From the NCBI RefSeq assembly GCF_004765795.1, contig NZ_SBIV01000001.1, forward strand, positions 620,001 through 684,000: a stretch of DNA of 64,000 bases. Reading direction: 5' to 3'. This stretch comes from Halorussus marinus. Its GTDB lineage: Archaea; Halobacteriota; Halobacteria; Halobacteriales; Haladaptataceae. This document shows, in pieces, positions 20,988 to 30,980 of this stretch. Position numbers and translations under genes: made by a program. The notes below the pieces were generated by a model. The model made no database searches. It was not told the DNA's origin and was given only the letters and a program-made list of their open reading frames with translations. The stretch's first letter is position 1; each line of letters opens with the position of its first letter.

Positions 20988-21108
20988 CGGCTACGGATTC
21001 GCGGGCGTCACTCATAAAGTCATCCGCCCGAACGGCGGCCGCGGCCCGACGTCGGTCCCGACCCGTAGCCTACAAAGAACTAACCGACCGGTCTCCGTAC
21101 ACGTCGGT

Positions 21109-21858
21109 ATGGCAACCGATCCATCGGCCCCACCGCGGGCGGCCTCGTTCGAAGTCAACGCCGAAACCGCCGACGAGACGCTGATCGCGGGGTTCTCTCA
21201 GTTCGGTCTCGCGGGGCTGACCGCGGTCGACTACCTCGTCGACCACTTCGAGTTCGAGCCGGTCGGCAACGTCACCGCCGACCGGCTTCCCGCGATCACG
21301 CCCTTCGAGAACGGCCGGCCGCGCCACCACACCCGGCTGTTCTCGCACGCCGACCGCGACCTGACGGTGCTCGTCGGCGAACTGTTCGTCCCGGCGTGGG
21401 CCGCCGAGTCGCTCAGTGAGGCGGTCCTCGAGTGGACACGGACCAACCGGGTCGAGGAGATCGCGATCCTCCAGGGGATGACGATCCCGCACGCCCCCGA
21501 GGAACACGAGGTGTTCTACGTCGCGACCGACGACTACCGCGACCACCGGCTCGGGGACGCCGACGTCACGCCGATGGCTCAGGGGTTCCTCGACGGGGTG
21601 AACGCCGAACTCGTCGCCCGGGGGCTCGAATCGTCACTCAGGACCGGGGTGTACCTCACGCCGGTCCACTCGCAGGCGCCAGACGTCGAGGCCGCGATCC
21701 GACTCCTCGATGCGGTTTCGTCGGTCTACGGCCTCGAACTCGACACCGGGCCCCTCGAAGCGTTCGCCGGGGAGATCCGCGAGTACTACGAGGAGCTTTC
21801 GAAGCGGCTCGCCGAGCAGACTCAGGCCGAGGTTCCGGACGATCGGATGTACATGTGA
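21109..21858 (+). CDS. PAC2 family proteasome assembly chaperone
   Basis: LIAGFSQFGLAGLTAVDYLV...PDVEAAIRLL...C-terminal RMYM (HbYX-like). Confidence 0.88.
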   Translation: MATDPSAPPRAASFEVNAETADETLIAGFSQFGLAGLTAVDYLVDHFEFEPVGNVTADRLPAITPFENGRPRHHTRLFSHADRDLTVLVGELFVPAWAAESLSEAVLEWTRTNRVEEIAILQGMTIPHAPEEHEVFYVATDDYRDHRLGDADVTPMAQGFLDGVNAELVARGLESSLRTGVYLTPVHSQAPDVEAAIRLLDAVSSVYGLELDTGPLEAFAGEIREYYEELSKRLAEQTQAEVPDDRMYM

Positions 21859-21934
21859 CGGTGACTCGCCCCGAAACGCGTCGGCGACCTACCGGGTCCG
21901 GACGCTAATGCAACCCGGTTTCGAAAGCCGGTGC

Positions 21935-21950
21935 TACTCGAAAGTGGGTA
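21935..21950 (+). promoter_or_regulatory. Candidate TrmB operator upstream of trmB
   Basis: TACT-CGAAAGT-GGGTA, one mismatch to the haloarchaeal TrmB motif TACT-N7/8-GAGTA, abutting AAACCATTTAC. Confidence 0.55.
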
Positions 21951-21983
21951 AACCATTTACCGCTCGGGTGTGACCGCCCACCT

Positions 21984-23039
21984 ATGACCTCCGACGACCT
22001 CCACGCGACGATCGAACGGGTGGGCGAGCGGTTCGACCTCGGGGAGTACGAGATCGACGCCTACCTCACCGTCCTCGAACACGGCGATCTCACGGCGAGC
22101 CAGATCGCCGACCGGACCGACATCCCACAGCCGCGGGTGTACGACACGGTCCGGAGCCTCAGCGACCGCGGACTCGTCGAACTCCGGGAGTCGCGCCCGA
22201 TGAAAGTCATCGCGGTCGACCCCGACGAGGCGTTTTCGGGCGTCCAGTCGTCGCTCTCGGAGATGGTCTCTGAGCTCGAAGCCCGCTACACCGCGCCGGC
22301 CCGCGACACCGAGGCGGTGTCGCTGGTGAAGTCCCGGTCGACGATCCTCCGGTACTTCGAAGACGTGATCGAGGCGGCCGAGTTCGAGCTCGCGCTCTCG
22401 CTGACGCCGGACCTCCTGGCGCGCTTCGAGGACCGACTCGCCGACGCCGTCGACTCGGGTGTCAGCGTCGAACTGCTGGTCACGCCGGCCTCCGAGGCGC
22501 CCGACCCCGACGAGTACGAGTACCTCGACGTGGCGACGACCGCCCGGGCGCGCCGGGGGATCACCACGCCGGTCGTGGCGGTCGCGGACGGCGAGTACTC
22601 GATCTACGCCACGCAGGACGCCCTGCGCGACGACGAGGACCGGTACGGCGTCATCTTCAATCGGTCGGCGCTGGGCTTTCTGGTCTCGGGCTTTTTCGGC
22701 ACCGTGCTCTGGACCACCGCCGAGCGCACGCTCGCGGCCGACGGCGAGGACCGCCCGTTCCCCCGGCGCTACGCCTCCATCCGTCGGTGTGTCAAAGAGT
22801 TGCAGGCGCTCGGGGGGGACTTCTACGCCACCATCGAGGGTCGGGACATCGAGACCGGATCGACGCGCGTGATCGAAGGGGAGGTCGTGGGCTTCTCGTT
22901 CGAGGGCGGCGAGCGCGTCGCCGGCATGACCGTCGAGATCGACGCCGGCGAGGTCACCGTCGGCGGACAGGTCGCCGCAATCGAGGACATAGAGGCTCAC
23001 GAAATCATGATCGGTCGGGACGGCCCGCCCGAGCGCTGA
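21984..23039 (+). CDS. trmB: Sugar-sensing transcriptional regulator TrmB
   Basis: [13 protein letters not shown]...[17 protein letters not shown]-terminal sugar-binding [13 protein letters not shown]. Confidence 0.92.
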   Translation: MTSDDLHATIERVGERFDLGEYEIDAYLTVLEHGDLTASQIADRTDIPQPRVYDTVRSLSDRGLVELRESRPMKVIAVDPDEAFSGVQSSLSEMVSELEARYTAPARDTEAVSLVKSRSTILRYFEDVIEAAEFELALSLTPDLLARFEDRLADAVDSGVSVELLVTPASEAPDPDEYEYLDVATTARARRGITTPVVAVADGEYSIYATQDALRDDEDRYGVIFNRSALGFLVSGFFGTVLWTTAERTLAADGEDRPFPRRYASIRRCVKELQALGGDFYATIEGRDIETGSTRVIEGEVVGFSFEGGERVAGMTVEIDAGEVTVGGQVAAIEDIEAHEIMIGRDGPPER

Positions 23040-23193
23040 CCGTCCGGGAGTCCCGGCGGACCCAAGGGGACGCCCCGCGGGGCCGTCCAGATTCCCACGT
23101 CGCTTATCCGGCGTGACGGCGTAGCCCCGTCATGCCAGTCGATCCCACGATAGCGGCCGACTCGTCGGGACGGGCCCGCCGGAGGTGTCGGGG

Positions 23194-24636
23194 GTGACCG
23201 ACCGTCGCGATATCCTGCTGTTGCTGACCGACCAGGAGCGCTACGACGTCTCGGCCGCCGACGGGCCCGCCGTCGACACGCCCGCGATGGATCGCCTCGC
23301 ACGCGAGGGCGTCCGGTTCGAGGACGCGTACACGCCGATCGGCATCTGTTCGAGCGCGCGCGCGTCGCTGTTGACCGGGCTCTACCCGCACAATCACGGG
23401 ATGCTCAACAACTGCCACGAGCCCGACGCGATCCGGCCCAACCTCCCCGAGGACCACGTCACGTTCGGCGAACTGCTCGCTGACGCCGGCTACGCGAACA
23501 GCTACGCCGGGAAGTGGCACGTCGGTCGCGACCAGCGCCCGGAGGACTTCGGGTTCGAGACGCTCGCGCGCGAGGACACGACCGAAGCCGACGGCGGGTT
23601 CGCGGCCCACCAGCGCGCGCACGGCGTCGACCCCGACGGGATCGAACTCGAAGACGAGATCTACGCCGAGTACGCCGGCGAGGACCTCCTCGTGTCCGCG
23701 ACGACGCCGGTCCCGAAGGAGGCCACCCTGACCTACTATCTCGCCGAAGTCACCGTCGACCGACTGGAGTCGGCGGCGTCGGGCGACGAGCCGTTCTTCC
23801 ACCGGACGGACTTCCCGGGGCCCCACCATCCGTACGTCGTCCCCGAGCCGTACGCCTCGATGTACGACCCCGACGAGATACCCCGATGGGGAAACTACGC
23901 CGAGACGTTCGACGGAAAGCCGTACGTCCACGAGCAACACCTCGCCTACCGCGGCGTCGAGGGGTTCGACTGGGAGACGTGGGCGCGGGCGATCAGCCAC
24001 TACTTCGGGTTCGTGACGTTCATCGACGAGCAGATCGGCCGCGTCCTCGACGCGATGGATCGGCTGGGGCTCGACGAGGACACCGTCGTCGTCCACAGCG
24101 CCGACCACGGAGACTTCACCGGGAGCCACCGGCAGTTCAACAAGGGCCCGCTGATGTACGAGGAGGTGTACCACATTCCGCTCGTGGTCCGGTGGCCGGA
24201 CGCCGCCGACGCGGGCCGGACGGTCGAGGAGTTCGTCGGCCTGCACGATCTGATGCCGACGTTTTGCGCCCTCGCCGGCGTGGACTCACCGTCGAGCGTC
24301 GACGGCCGGAGCCTCGTTCCGCTACTCACCGGGGACGCCCCGGACGACTGGCGCGAGCGCTTGGTCGCCGAGTACCACGGCGAGGAGTTCGGCCTGTACA
24401 GCCAGCGAATGGTCCGGGCGGGCGACTACAAGCTGGTGTACAATGCCTTCGACACCGACGAGCTGTACGACCTCGCCGAGGACCCCCACGAGCTCCGGAA
24501 CCTCGTCGACCATCCCGACTACCGCGAGGTGTACCGGGAGTTACGGTCGGAACTGGGCGAGTGGATGGACCGGACCGACGACCCCATCGGCCCGTGGACC
24601 CGGAGGGTGCTGGACAAGTCGGCGGACTCGCAGTGA
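23194..24636 (+). CDS. Sulfatase-like hydrolase (alkaline phosphatase superfamily)
   Basis: LLTDQER, CSSARASLLTG, GKWH, GPHHPY, SADHG, ELYDLAEDPHE; GGAGGT SD before GTG 23194. Confidence 0.9.
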   Translation: MTDRRDILLLLTDQERYDVSAADGPAVDTPAMDRLAREGVRFEDAYTPIGICSSARASLLTGLYPHNHGMLNNCHEPDAIRPNLPEDHVTFGELLADAGYANSYAGKWHVGRDQRPEDFGFETLAREDTTEADGGFAAHQRAHGVDPDGIELEDEIYAEYAGEDLLVSATTPVPKEATLTYYLAEVTVDRLESAASGDEPFFHRTDFPGPHHPYVVPEPYASMYDPDEIPRWGNYAETFDGKPYVHEQHLAYRGVEGFDWETWARAISHYFGFVTFIDEQIGRVLDAMDRLGLDEDTVVVHSADHGDFTGSHRQFNKGPLMYEEVYHIPLVVRWPDAADAGRTVEEFVGLHDLMPTFCALAGVDSPSSVDGRSLVPLLTGDAPDDWRERLVAEYHGEEFGLYSQRMVRAGDYKLVYNAFDTDELYDLAEDPHELRNLVDHPDYREVYRELRSELGEWMDRTDDPIGPWTRRVLDKSADSQ

Positions 24637-24644
24637 CAGCCCAA

Positions 24645-24666
24645 CCGAGACGACTCGGCGTCTCGG
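24645..24666 (+). terminator. Hairpin after the sulfatase gene
   Basis: CCGAGACG-ACTCGG-CGTCTCGG perfect 8-bp stem; function unproven. Confidence 0.35.
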
Positions 24667-24782
24667 CCCCGGGCCCGTGGACCTGAGCCGGTCGCGGCCC
24701 CGTTCGCGGCGGGGGACGGCCGTGGCGCGCGTCGGTTCGCTCGTTAGTTATAAGTTCCGTTCTATTGTTGAAGTATGAGGGA

Positions 24783-26231
24783 ATGTCTCACAGACACACA
24801 ACGCGGGGCGAGCGGACCGACAGGGGGGTTACCCGGCGGCGATTCATCCAGGCCACCGGCGCGACCGGGGCGGTCGCGGCGTTCTCGGGGTACGCCCGCG
24901 CCCAGGACGACACCACCGTGGTCCAGTTCGCCTCCGACAGTCTGGCGAACGACAACAGCGAAACGCTCCAGCAGGCGCTGTACGACGCCGGCCTGTCAGA
25001 GAACATCGAACTGGACATCATCGCCGGCGCGTGGGAGACCGGCAGGCGACAGAACCAGTACCAGCAGTGGCTCTCGGCCGGCCGAAACGAGCCGGACCTG
25101 CTGATGATGGACAGTGGCTGGACCCAGCCGTTCATCGCACGCAAGCAGGTCCAGAACATGAGCGATCTCCTCCCGTCGGATCTCCAAGAGACCGTCAACT
25201 CCGACTATCAGGCCCGAGCGGTCGACAGCGTGACGGGGCCGGAGGGCGATCTGTACGGAGTTCCGATGTTCCTCGGCGTCCCGACGATGAACTACCGCAA
25301 GGATCTGGTCGAGGACGCCGGCTACGACACCAGCGGCTGGCAGACCGAGCCGCTGTCGTGGGAAGAGTTCTCGCAGGTCACCAGCGACGTGCTCGACCAG
25401 AACGACGACATCGACTACGGATTCACCTTCCAGGGGAAGGCCTACGAGGGGCTTGCCTGCTGTAACTTCAACGAGTGGATGAGCTCGTATGGCGGGGCGT
25501 ACTTCGGGGACCTCGACAACCTGTTCGGGCCGATCGGCGACCGGCCGATCACGATCAATCAGGATCAGGTCGTTCGGTCGCTCCGGATGGTCCGGACGTT
25601 CATCAACGGCTCGGACGACCCGGTCGCGCTCGACGGGTTCGCCGGAGACATCGCGCCGGAGGCCGTCCTGCAGTGGTCCGAAGAGCCCTCGCGCCAGCCG
25701 TTCACCAACGGCAACGCCGTGATGCACCGCAACTGGCCCTACGCCATCAACATCAACGGCAGCGAAGACGAGGGGTTCGGCGAGGATCTGGGCACGATGC
25801 CGATCCCCTCCGGGGTGTCGCCCGACGAGGCCGAATACGAGGGCACCGGCGGGGCGGCCGCGGCGCTCGGCGGCTGGAACCTCACCGTGAATCCGAACTC
25901 CCAGAAGAAAGACGCGGTCGTCGAGGTCATCGAGGCGATGTCCACCGACAGCTATCAGGCCGCGCAGTTCGAGGCGGTGGGATGGTTGCCGCCGAAACCG
26001 GCGGTGTACGACTCCGAGACGGTCCGGAACGTGCCCGTTCTGGGCCGGTACATCGACACGATCAAGGTGTCGGTCGAGAACGCGATCCCGCGGCCCGCCA
26101 CCGCGGTCTGGCCCCAGGAGTCCGAGCAGATCGCCCAGACGGTCAACAGCGTTCTCGCTCAGGAGTCCGAACCGGCGCCCGCGCTCGACCAACTGGCCGC
26201 GACCGTCGAGCAGATCGAACAGAGCGTCTGA
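24783..26231 (+). CDS. Sugar ABC transporter substrate-binding protein (Tat)
   Basis: TRRRFIQ Tat motif; PDLLMMDSGW, YRKDL, QGKAYEGL, MHRNWPY, ALGGWNL. Confidence 0.92.
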   Translation: MSHRHTTRGERTDRGVTRRRFIQATGATGAVAAFSGYARAQDDTTVVQFASDSLANDNSETLQQALYDAGLSENIELDIIAGAWETGRRQNQYQQWLSAGRNEPDLLMMDSGWTQPFIARKQVQNMSDLLPSDLQETVNSDYQARAVDSVTGPEGDLYGVPMFLGVPTMNYRKDLVEDAGYDTSGWQTEPLSWEEFSQVTSDVLDQNDDIDYGFTFQGKAYEGLACCNFNEWMSSYGGAYFGDLDNLFGPIGDRPITINQDQVVRSLRMVRTFINGSDDPVALDGFAGDIAPEAVLQWSEEPSRQPFTNGNAVMHRNWPYAININGSEDEGFGEDLGTMPIPSGVSPDEAEYEGTGGAAAALGGWNLTVNPNSQKKDAVVEVIEAMSTDSYQAAQFEAVGWLPPKPAVYDSETVRNVPVLGRYIDTIKVSVENAIPRPATAVWPQESEQIAQTVNSVLAQESEPAPALDQLAATVEQIEQSV

Positions 26232-26262
26232 TCACCTCGTTCGAGAGTTCACATGACAGTCG

Positions 26263-27321
26263 GTGACGACGCATGAATCGGAGGGACCGCTGATGGGCGC
26301 AGAATCCGGCGAGACGCTTCGGGGCGGCGACAGGGGCGGCCCCTACGCCGCGACGGTCCGGTGGATGGAGAACCTGAGCGAGACGCAGTTCGCCTACCTG
26401 CTTTTGGTCCCGACGTTTCTCATCCTCGGACTCATCGCGTTCTGGCCGCTCGTTCGTACGTTCGACATGGCGTTGCACGCCGACGCGCTCGTCGGCCGGG
26501 CGCAACTCGGCGAGTACGTCGGTCTGAACAACTTCGTCGAACTGCTGACCGGCGAGCGCGACGCCTTGCTGGTCCGGCCGCTGTTGCCCGACGTCGCCGT
26601 CGACGCGACGTTCCCGTTCGTCCACTTCGACAACCTGTTCGTCAGCGCCATCTCCGCGACGCTGATCTTCAGCGTCGTCAGCGTGGCGTTCGAGACGGTG
26701 ATCGGGTTCGGGCAGGCGCTCGTGCTCGATCAGGACTTCCGGGGCCGTCGGTGGGTCCGGGTCGCCATCATCATCCCGTGGGCGGTTCCGATCGTGATTC
26801 AGGGGATGATCTTCTACCTCATGTTCCAGCCCGGCATCGGCTTCGGGGTCGACCTCGTCCAGCAACTCCCGTTTTTCTCGTTCTCGGAGACGCCGCTGGC
26901 CAACCCGGTCGACTCGATGGTCATCATCATCGTCGCCGACGTCTGGAAGACCTCGGCGTTCATGGCGTTGCTCATCCTCGCGGGCCTCCAGAGCATCGAC
27001 CGGAGCCTCTACGACGTGGCCCGCGTCTCGGGAGCCTCGAAGTGGCAACAGTTCAAGTACATCACGCTACCGCTCGTGTTCCCGACGGTGATGGTCGCGA
27101 TGCTGTTTCGGACCATCGCCGCGATGCGCATCTTCGGCGTCATCGAGACGGTCTCGGGCTGTAACGTGGTGCCGTCGCTGTCGTGTCTGGTCGTGACGAC
27201 GTTCAGCAACCGGATGTACGGCACGGCCGCGGCCGTCGCGTTCCTGACCGCGGCGATCATCGGGGCGCTGGTGCTGGTCTACATCTACAACTACGCGACG
27301 AGCGGACAGGAGGGGATCTGA
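26263..27321 (+). CDS. Sugar ABC transporter permease (MalF-like)
   Basis: Multiple TM; LILAGLQSIDRSLYDVARVSGASKWQQF EAA loop; alternative start 26293. Confidence 0.92.
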   Translation: MTTHESEGPLMGAESGETLRGGDRGGPYAATVRWMENLSETQFAYLLLVPTFLILGLIAFWPLVRTFDMALHADALVGRAQLGEYVGLNNFVELLTGERDALLVRPLLPDVAVDATFPFVHFDNLFVSAISATLIFSVVSVAFETVIGFGQALVLDQDFRGRRWVRVAIIIPWAVPIVIQGMIFYLMFQPGIGFGVDLVQQLPFFSFSETPLANPVDSMVIIIVADVWKTSAFMALLILAGLQSIDRSLYDVARVSGASKWQQFKYITLPLVFPTVMVAMLFRTIAAMRIFGVIETVSGCNVVPSLSCLVVTTFSNRMYGTAAAVAFLTAAIIGALVLVYIYNYATSGQEGI

Positions 27322-27322
27322 G

Positions 27323-28312
27323 ATGGCGACCGAGACGCCGGTCGACGACGAGGTCGACCGCGGCCCGTTCGAGCGGTGGGTTCGCCGAGTCATCAGGAAC
27401 CCAGAGCGGGCCTACCGGGCGATGTTCTACACCGCCATGATCGTCTTCCTGTTCACGACGCTGTTCCCGTTTTACTGGCTGTTGGTGCTGGCGCTGACGC
27501 CGTTCAACCGGCTCGCGAACGTCGGGCTGTTCCCGAACGGGTTCAACCCCGAGGCGTTCGTCCGGATCTTCGAGATCCTGCCGTTCCACATCTACATGCT
27601 CAACAGCTTCATCCTCGCGGCGATGACGACCGTGTTCGTGCTGGTGATCGCGAGCCTCGCGGGCTACGTGTTCGGCCGGCTCCAGTTCCCGGGCCGGGGG
27701 CCGCTCATGCTGGCGGTGCTCGCGATCTCGTACTTCCCGCCGGCGGCGTTCCTGTTGCCGCTGTTCCGACTGTTCAACGGCAACGTCACGATCGGGCTGT
27801 TCGGCGCGTCGATCTCGAGCCCGAACCTGTTCAACACGCCGTGGGCGATGGTGCTCCCGTTCAGCGCGCTGTTCATGCCGCTGTCGATCTTCATCCTCAC
27901 GACGTTCTACGGCCAGATTCCCGACGGTCTGGAGGACGCCGCCCGCATCGAGGGGACGACCCGGCTCGGGGCGCTCTTCCGGGTGATCGTCCCGCTGTCG
28001 GCGCCCGGGGTCGCGACCGCCGGCGTGCTGACGTTCATCATGGTGTACAACGAGTTTTTCTTCTCGTTTCTGATGAACGACGGCCAGATCCCCGAGATGC
28101 TGTACGAGAGCGGCAAGCTCCTCTACCTCTCGAACGAGAACCACTGGGCGCCCCTCCTGAAGGGCATCCTCGGCTTCCAAGGCCAGTACACGCAACTGTA
28201 CAACCTGATGGCCGCCGCGAGCATCGTCGGCGTGCTCCCCGTGGCGGTCCTCGTCGTGGTCGCACAGGAGAAGATCGTCAGCGGCCTCACGCAAGGCGCA
28301 CTCAAAGAGTAA
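27323..28312 (+). CDS. Sugar ABC transporter permease (MalG-like)
   Basis: IPDGLEDAARIEG EAA motif; GLTQGALKE end. Confidence 0.93.
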   Translation: MATETPVDDEVDRGPFERWVRRVIRNPERAYRAMFYTAMIVFLFTTLFPFYWLLVLALTPFNRLANVGLFPNGFNPEAFVRIFEILPFHIYMLNSFILAAMTTVFVLVIASLAGYVFGRLQFPGRGPLMLAVLAISYFPPAAFLLPLFRLFNGNVTIGLFGASISSPNLFNTPWAMVLPFSALFMPLSIFILTTFYGQIPDGLEDAARIEGTTRLGALFRVIVPLSAPGVATAGVLTFIMVYNEFFFSFLMNDGQIPEMLYESGKLLYLSNENHWAPLLKGILGFQGQYTQLYNLMAAASIVGVLPVAVLVVVAQEKIVSGLTQGALKE

Positions 28313-28314
28313 CC

Positions 28315-29508
28315 ATGGGACGAGTCACACTCAGCAACGTCACGAAACGCTACGGCGACGTCACCGCGGTCGAAGAGATGAACCTCGACATCCAGGACGG
28401 CGAGTTCGTCACCTTCGTCGGCCCCTCGGGGTGTGGGAAGTCGACCACGCTGGAGACGATCGCCGGACTGACCACCCCGACCAGCGGGACCATCACCATC
28501 GCGGGCCGGGAGGTCACGAACCTGCCGCCCAAAGACAGGGGGATCGCGATGGTGTTCCAGAACATCGCGCTGTTCCCGCACATGGACGTCTACGACAACG
28601 TCAGCTTCGGGCTCCGGCTCAGGGACTACCCCAAAGAGGAGATCGACCGCCGGGTCGAGCGCGCCGCCGACATCGTCCAGTTGGAAGGGATGCTAGAGCG
28701 GATGCCCGACGAGATGTCTGGCGGCCAGCGCCAGCGGGTCGCGATCGCGCGAGCGATCGTGCGCGAGCCCGAGGTGTTCCTGATGGACGAGCCGCTGGCG
28801 AACCTCGACGCGAAGCTCCGTGTCCACATGCGGACCGAACTCCAGCGGCTCCACAAGGAACTGGACACGACCATCATCTACGTCACCCACGATCAGGCCG
28901 AGGCGATGACGATGTCCGATCGGATCGCGGTCATCGACGGCGGCCACCTCCAGCAGATCGCGCCGCCGCTGACCTGCTACAACGAGCCGGCGAACCTGTT
29001 CGTCGCGGGCTTTATCGGATCGCCCTCGATGAACTTCGTCGAGGCCGAAGTCACCGCGAGCGGACTCCTCACGCGGGACTTCGACGTGGAGTTCGACCCG
29101 ACACAGCTCTCGGAGATCGCCGAGGGCGACGCGGTGACGCTCGGCGTCCGCCCCGAGGACGTCTACCTCCGCGAGGACCGCGAGACCGTCGCCAACCCGA
29201 CTCAGCCGATCCCGGCTCGGACCGACGTGCTGGAGCCGATGGGCGACGAGATCTTCGTCTACCTCCTGACGGGCGACGGCGACGCACAGATGGAGATCGA
29301 CGCCGAGGCCGAGGCGCCCCAGAACCAGCTCCTGATGAGCGTCGACCCGGCTTCGGACGTGGCGGCCGACACCGATGTCGAAGTGGTGCTCGACCGCGAG
29401 CGCATCCACCTGTTCGACACCGAGTCCGGCGAGGCGCTCAGCCACGGCCTCGAGTTCGCGACGGTCGAGCCCGGTCGGACCGGCACCGAAGCGGAGGGCG
29501 ACGACTGA
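28315..29508 (+). CDS. Sugar ABC transporter ATP-binding protein (MalK-like)
   Basis: GPSGCGKST, MSGGQRQR, FLMDEP, GFIGSPSMN, TOBE region. Confidence 0.95.
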   Translation: MGRVTLSNVTKRYGDVTAVEEMNLDIQDGEFVTFVGPSGCGKSTTLETIAGLTTPTSGTITIAGREVTNLPPKDRGIAMVFQNIALFPHMDVYDNVSFGLRLRDYPKEEIDRRVERAADIVQLEGMLERMPDEMSGGQRQRVAIARAIVREPEVFLMDEPLANLDAKLRVHMRTELQRLHKELDTTIIYVTHDQAEAMTMSDRIAVIDGGHLQQIAPPLTCYNEPANLFVAGFIGSPSMNFVEAEVTASGLLTRDFDVEFDPTQLSEIAEGDAVTLGVRPEDVYLREDRETVANPTQPIPARTDVLEPMGDEIFVYLLTGDGDAQMEIDAEAEAPQNQLLMSVDPASDVAADTDVEVVLDRERIHLFDTESGEALSHGLEFATVEPGRTGTEAEGDD

Positions 29509-29711
29509 TGGTGACGACTTTCGGGTGGTTCTATCTGGTCGGGGGCACCGTCCTGTTTTTCTTCTGGGCGTACGGCATCGTCTCGTTCGCGCTCGACGTG
29601 AAGAACAAGTTCGTTCCGGCGGCCAAGCAGTGGCGTGACTCGCGAAAGCGGGCGCGGGCCGACGCGGAGGCCGAGGCCGAACGCGAAGAGACCGAACGGC
29701 AGTTGTACTAG
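29508..29711 (+). CDS. Small membrane protein at the end of the ABC operon
   Basis: MVTTFGWFYLVGG...WAYGIVSFALD...ERQLY; TGATG coupling. Confidence 0.75.
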   Translation: MVTTFGWFYLVGGTVLFFFWAYGIVSFALDVKNKFVPAAKQWRDSRKRARADAEAEAEREETERQLY

Positions 29712-29835
29712 ATGGTCGGGAAACGCGCCGCCCGGCGTCGGGTCGCGACCTATCGGGGGTCGCGACGTGACCGCGGCCTGACGAACGGGCGAAGGGAAAC
29801 ACCTAACAACAACTCACGGTTGGCTACGACTAGTT

Positions 29836-30909
29836 ATGACTGGATCGAGTGAGTTGGTCCGGGTGGGGTTCGTCGGGTTGGGGAACATCGGTCACTACCA
29901 CGCAGACCGCGTCGTCGAACTGTCGGGCGTCGACATTGCGGGCGGCGTCGACATCAACCCGGAGGCCCGGGCTCGCTTCGCCGAGAAGTACGGCGTCGAG
30001 TCGTTCGAGAGCTACGAGGTCCTCTACGAGTCGGACGTCGACGCGGTCGTGGTCACGACCCCGAACAAGTTCCACGAGGAGTACGCGGTGGCCGCGCTCC
30101 GGGCGGGCCTCGACGTCCTGCTGGAAAAGCCCCTCGCTCACTCGCTCGAGAGCGCCGAACGCATCGCGGAGGCGGCCCGCAACGCCGAGGGCTTCTGCAT
30201 GGTCGGGTTCCACAACCGGTTTCGGAATCCGATCGAGGTCATCAAAGGGTACCAGGAGTCGGGACGGTTCGGCGAGACCCGTCACGTCGAGGCCAACATC
30301 GTCCGCCGGCGGGGGATCCCCGGCCGGGGATCGTGGTTCACGAACGACGACATCGCGGGCGGGGGCGCGCTCATCGACATCGGCGTCCACGCCATCGATC
30401 TGGCGCTACACTTCCACGACTTCCCGACCGTGACCGAAGTCACCGGCACCATCCGGTCGCAGTTCGGCTCCCGCGAGGACTACGCCTATCTGGAGATGTG
30501 GGGCGAGGACACCCAGTCGGGGGAGTTCTCGGTCGACGACTCGGTGAGCGCGTTCCTGCGGTGTGCGGACGGCAAGACGGTCTCGCTCGAAGTGGCGTGG
30601 GCCGCCAACCGCGCGCCGAACGAGGAGTTCGTGATCCGGGGCACCGACGCGGGCGCGTGCTTCGACAAGGCCGACGACTCGCTCACGCTCTACGAGACGG
30701 GCCGGCAGGGTACCGACCACTTCTCGGACTCCCAGATCGAGACGCGCCACGAGGACCCCCACAAGGCCGAACAGCGGAGCTTCTTCGACGCGGTTCGGAC
30801 CGGAACCCCGCCCGGGCGAAACACGGTCGAGCAGGCCCTGGAGGTCCAGCGGGTCATCGACGGCGTCTACCGCTCGAACGCACAAGAGCGCGCGATCCAG
30901 CTGGGATAA
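29836..30909 (+). CDS. Gfo/Idh/MocA family oxidoreductase
   Basis: GLGNIG, TPNKFH, LLEKP, GGGALIDIGVH. Confidence 0.93.
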   Translation: MTGSSELVRVGFVGLGNIGHYHADRVVELSGVDIAGGVDINPEARARFAEKYGVESFESYEVLYESDVDAVVVTTPNKFHEEYAVAALRAGLDVLLEKPLAHSLESAERIAEAARNAEGFCMVGFHNRFRNPIEVIKGYQESGRFGETRHVEANIVRRRGIPGRGSWFTNDDIAGGGALIDIGVHAIDLALHFHDFPTVTEVTGTIRSQFGSREDYAYLEMWGEDTQSGEFSVDDSVSAFLRCADGKTVSLEVAWAANRAPNEEFVIRGTDAGACFDKADDSLTLYETGRQGTDHFSDSQIETRHEDPHKAEQRSFFDAVRTGTPPGRNTVEQALEVQRVIDGVYRSNAQERAIQLG

Positions 30910-30980
30910 CCGCCAGGGACCGACGAGGCCGCCGACCGAAGCACAACCCCAAAGACGCCGACGCCCCGACTACCAGACGA

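Noticed and set aside
27376..28314. Apparent N-terminal extensions or fusions in the ORF track (710-aa ATPase; also the 851- and 889-aa ECF ORFs and the 872-aa YyaL ORF)
   Set aside because: Stop-free off-frame run-ins; the real starts are downstream (28315, 57862, 59706, 38927)
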